This document shows positions 57,351 through 64,000 of a DNA stretch of 64,000 nucleotides, one piece after another. The DNA is from the human T2T-CHM13v2.0 reference genome, Homo sapiens, in NCBI RefSeq assembly GCF_009914755.1, contig NC_060934.1. One strand, 5' to 3'. Position numbers and translations under genes: made by a program. The notes under the pieces are model-generated. The model was not told the DNA's origin and did no database searches. It worked only from the letters and a program-made list of their open reading frames with translations. How positions within the stretch are numbered: the first letter of the stretch is position 1; each line of letters begins with the position of its first letter.

Positions 57351-58539
57351 GGGAGAGATCACTGTGTCTGTGAAAATCGTTTTTTGGGGCAGCACACTGG
57401 CCCATTTGAGAACTTTTTTGCCCACCCTATGGATCATTTCTCAGGAAGAAACTTCCCGAAACAGGCATCATTTTGCAGGTAAGTCAGAGTTGCTGGAGTG
57501 ATGGCTCAGCCTCAGCATCTCACAATAGACTTTTGATTATCACCCTGGGTGTCACGAGCAGGGGTTGAGTCAGCTGTGCCTCCTGCTAAATAAAGGTCTG
57601 GTCGTGCCTGCACCCTGACAGGACCCCTCCCCTTGACTTCAGAGATGTGACTTAGGCAGGAGAGAGCACAGGGAGCTGCAGGGTTGATCATCGGCTGCAT
57701 CCCGGCGTCAGGAAACAGCGCAGTGAAGAGACTTCTCTGATTTTATGTTCTCTGCACCGTTGTCAGATGCTATGTTCAATCAGGTGTCCCAACAGTATGG
57801 CCACTGCAAAGAGAATTCTGTATAGCCACTCCCACGCATGTGCCCATTTCCTTTGGAAAATGAACTGTGTTCATAGAAATGTCTCTTAGGATATTAAGAT
57901 GAAGAAAGAAGACTGGGTCCTTTGATACATGCAACAAAAAGATTCTTTGACTGCCATTTAACGTGTTCTAGAATATAAGGATGTTGGAAAGCTCTCAAAT
58001 TCTTTGTGGTAAAGCCAGAATAACAGTAATATAAAAATCAGATGAAGGTATGCAAAAAGAAAACCTGAAAGCCCTCTCACTTTTGAATAAATATCAAAGG
58101 GAAAAGTTTAAATGAAATAACACTAAATAGAACTGATCAGTCGTAAGCTAACAGAATCATATCCTAGGACAAATAGGGTTTAGCATAGAGATTGAGCCCT
58201 GTGTAAATGCTGTCTCTGCCATTTAATAGCTGGATGATCTTGGGCAAATTACTAAACCTTTCTGTGCCTCTATTTTCTTATCTGTAAAATGAGGATAATT
58301 ATAGTACCTACCTGATCAAATGGTTGTGTGGATGAAATTAGTTAATGTGTATGAAGGGCCTGGCACGTGGCAACTTAGCTTTTATTTTGCCTATTGTTTA
58401 TTATTTTATTTTATTAACAAACAAAAGCTAAGTCGCCATGTGCCCAGGGCCTTCATACACATTAACTAATTTAATCCACAAACAATCCGATCAGGTAGGT
58501 ACCGTAATTAATGGGTGCCATAATTATCCCCATTATTAA

Positions 58540-60830
<2,291 letters not shown>

Positions 60831-61285
60831 GTTACTGAAACACCACGTGGAGTTGACACTGAGCAGTCATTTTCTCCATTTGTAAGCTAATGAGTCAGTG
60901 GAGAAAATAATTTTCCAGAGAGACTTAAGGAATGGAGTTAGAAATCTACATTTTAAAAAATCTCCAAGAGTCTTTAATATAATGGAACTGCAGATAGATA
61001 TTTAACAACCATTGTACTAAACTAATACCTCTTAGCTGAAGCAAACCAACAAATTAAACTCTTTCCCCTTCTCCTCTCCACCACCCTCTCTCTCTATCCT
61101 CCAGAACATACTAAAAATTAAACATTTCATCATGTTAATAAAACCATACATACAATGACTGCCATTTACAAAGTACATGTTCTTGACTTTATAGAGGTTA
61201 AATATACAACAATACAAGGCAAGCAGATGGCCGAGCCCAGATTAAAAACCAGATCAAGCTGACTCTCACCAGCACTTTAAACTAG

Positions 61286-61688
<403 letters not shown>

Positions 61689-64000
61689 TAAACTTTGAAT
61701 CAGACCCCAGCACCTGCTCTCTAGAGCACGATGTCTAGTGAATGACATATCTAGTCAAGTAAACAAACATACGTGCTATGTAAATTGAACTAAATATTTT
61801 GTACTTGCTATTCAAACTTCTGCAGCAACCACAAGGTTTAGGAAATACCAACTACTTAACCAGCTATTTGCACATTACTGACGGGAGAGGGAAAAACAAT
61901 GTATTTTTACCATCATGAAAATGGATGCACACCGAAGCCTTCTTGAATATTTTCTGACTCATCATCTCCTTCAAAATCCTCTCTCTCTAACTAACTGCAT
62001 TTCAGTATAAATTGACAGTAACTTTTACATTTTTCATGACATTTTGCCAGTAATACTCACTTTACTTATATAAGCAAAATTATCACGAGTATAATTTCAA
62101 CTATGATAATCGGCCAGCCAAGTGAATATTAACTAAGCACTTTCTCCCTCAGCCCCCTCAAATAACTGCCTGCCCCAAAGGAAGCAATTAGCCATAGGAC
62201 TTGCCACATGAATTCTTGCCTCATGATATATTTGTTTTTTAGAAAAAAAAAAAACCTTCACATAACAACCTATAAATTCACTCCCTGATGAACATCCTGC
62301 AAGTTTTACTAATTGCGTTAAAGGCAATAATTACTGATGATAAAGAATGAGACATTAACTATTCAACGTTAGAGGTCAAGTCCTTGAAACGTGGCATGGA
62401 TTCTGCTGAATCCGCCATTTGTTTGTATTTTCCATGATCAGTACACAGCTTATATATGCACCAAGCCTCTTGTAGGTTTTCATTCAGAAAAGTCAATATC
62501 CAAGGGCATATTTTAAATTAATCAAACCTGTTTTTGAGAGATAAGCTAAATGAGTTCTTTAAAAGGAGAATGTGAAATGCAAACTTATGTATTCATCGTT
62601 ATATTTAGCTTCAAGAAATAACCTTACATAACCCCACAGTGGATTTAAATGATGACTAAAACTCAGCTTCAAACCTTTTAAGAGATTTTCTATAGTCATA
62701 GGTGGCATTCAATGTTTCAGTTTGCTTTCTGCACTTATAATTTAAATTATGAGAGAGAAATTCAGTCAAGTCAATAAATATTTATTAAGCATCTCATATA
62801 CTATGGGCATAGAAAAGGAGCGTGAGATACAGTCTGTCTACCCAGAAAGGAAAGTCTTGCTGAGGAAAAAAGACTTAGATACATGGAAACAGTCATAGAT
62901 AAATAAGAATTGTATGGAAATGATATAAGATTCGTGGTTTACAAAGGCTGTGCTATGTCCTACAGTTTATCAGTTACTTGCTGGCCTCTGCTCTCCAGTT
63001 ATAGCCTGAAGCCTACTTCTTTCCACTCTAACTGCAGCCCATAGAAGCCTTAGATGGAATACTTTCTCTTTACCAAATGGGAGATTACCGTTATCCCGTA
63101 ATTGGAGAGTAGTTTTCATAAAAGATTATCACATAAGCCTTAAGCAGCCTGTGTGAAAGAAGAGCTTCAGTCAAAACAAGGAAAGTGTCTTGGAGCCATT
63201 TCCATTGGTAGCAAATTACCCTCTGGAAAAACTCTAAAATCTTTAAATATCTGTTGATTTCTTAACAAGTAGGAACTTGAGGATTTCTAGACTGTAGCTC
63301 CCTTGAAGAAAGATAATTTTTATCTTGATTGGCCCAGTGCTCACTTACATAGTACATACTAGACTTTCAATATTCCCTATTTGCTTGATTTTTTTTTTAA
63401 AAAGAATGAATGAATGTGTCTTCTTAACAGTGTTAAAATACAAGACGAATCAGCACAGTACTAGTTTGGATAAAGTATCTTCTGATTCCTCTAAATAAGC
63501 AAAAGCCTGCATTTAAAACAATCTATAAGTTATTTCCAATATTTGCCTTTGACAGCTGGCTACACTCTATATAAGCAAATGGCTAAATACCAGAGCAACA
63601 ATGATAGCAGACTGCTGTGTTCTTTTGGCTTTTTGTGTATAAATGTGGGTATTAAAAATGTTTGAAAATGTAGTAAGGAAAATTATTCCAAATGGTGAAA
63701 ATAAAAATCTAGTGAAAAAAGGTTATTACTTCCAACCTTCCCACTGATTTCCAGGTGATAACACTGCTCTTTCATGTCCAGAGTTCCACTCTCTCATCTA
63801 TTGAACTTACAGCTGGCAATCAAATAGATGTCCTCATAATATAAATTGTCAAAATACCACTGATAAATTTCAATATTCTCGCTCTTGAATAATAATAGGA
63901 GTCCCTGATGTGAGAGCTGTGTCCCACAAAATGGAAATGCCTCTTTAGACTCTGAAATGAGACTAACTTCTTGTTTATCAGGTGAAATGAAAAGATTAGT

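Overview
Primate genomic DNA, almost certainly human or hominoid, repeat-rich and intergenic or intronic; I could not identify any host protein-coding exon. The main feature is a ~6-kb HERV-H/LTR7 provirus on the minus strand (1929-7892), inserted inside an AluY-type element with a 5-bp TSD (GCGGG). It has several oddities. Its gag MA-CA frame of ~380 codons has only one stop. A gag-internal recombination junction duplicates 93 bp at ~75% identity and is bridged by a 24-nt match to the 3' end of tRNA-Arg(ACG). A 312-codon ESRG-like ORF runs through the LTR and leader. The 5' LTR has a mutated TATA box, while the 3' LTR has lost distal U3 and the PPT but keeps its TATA. The rest of the window holds about 25 Alus, nested solo LTRs (MER39-, MER41-, MER31- and MER34-like, THE1/MST), L1 fragments (one with a tiny twin-priming inversion), 5S rRNA and U6 retropseudogenes, an unexplained 90-bp inverted repeat and a 69-bp dispersed direct repeat. 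Repeat family names and protein or tRNA matches come from my recall of consensus sequences, not from a database search.
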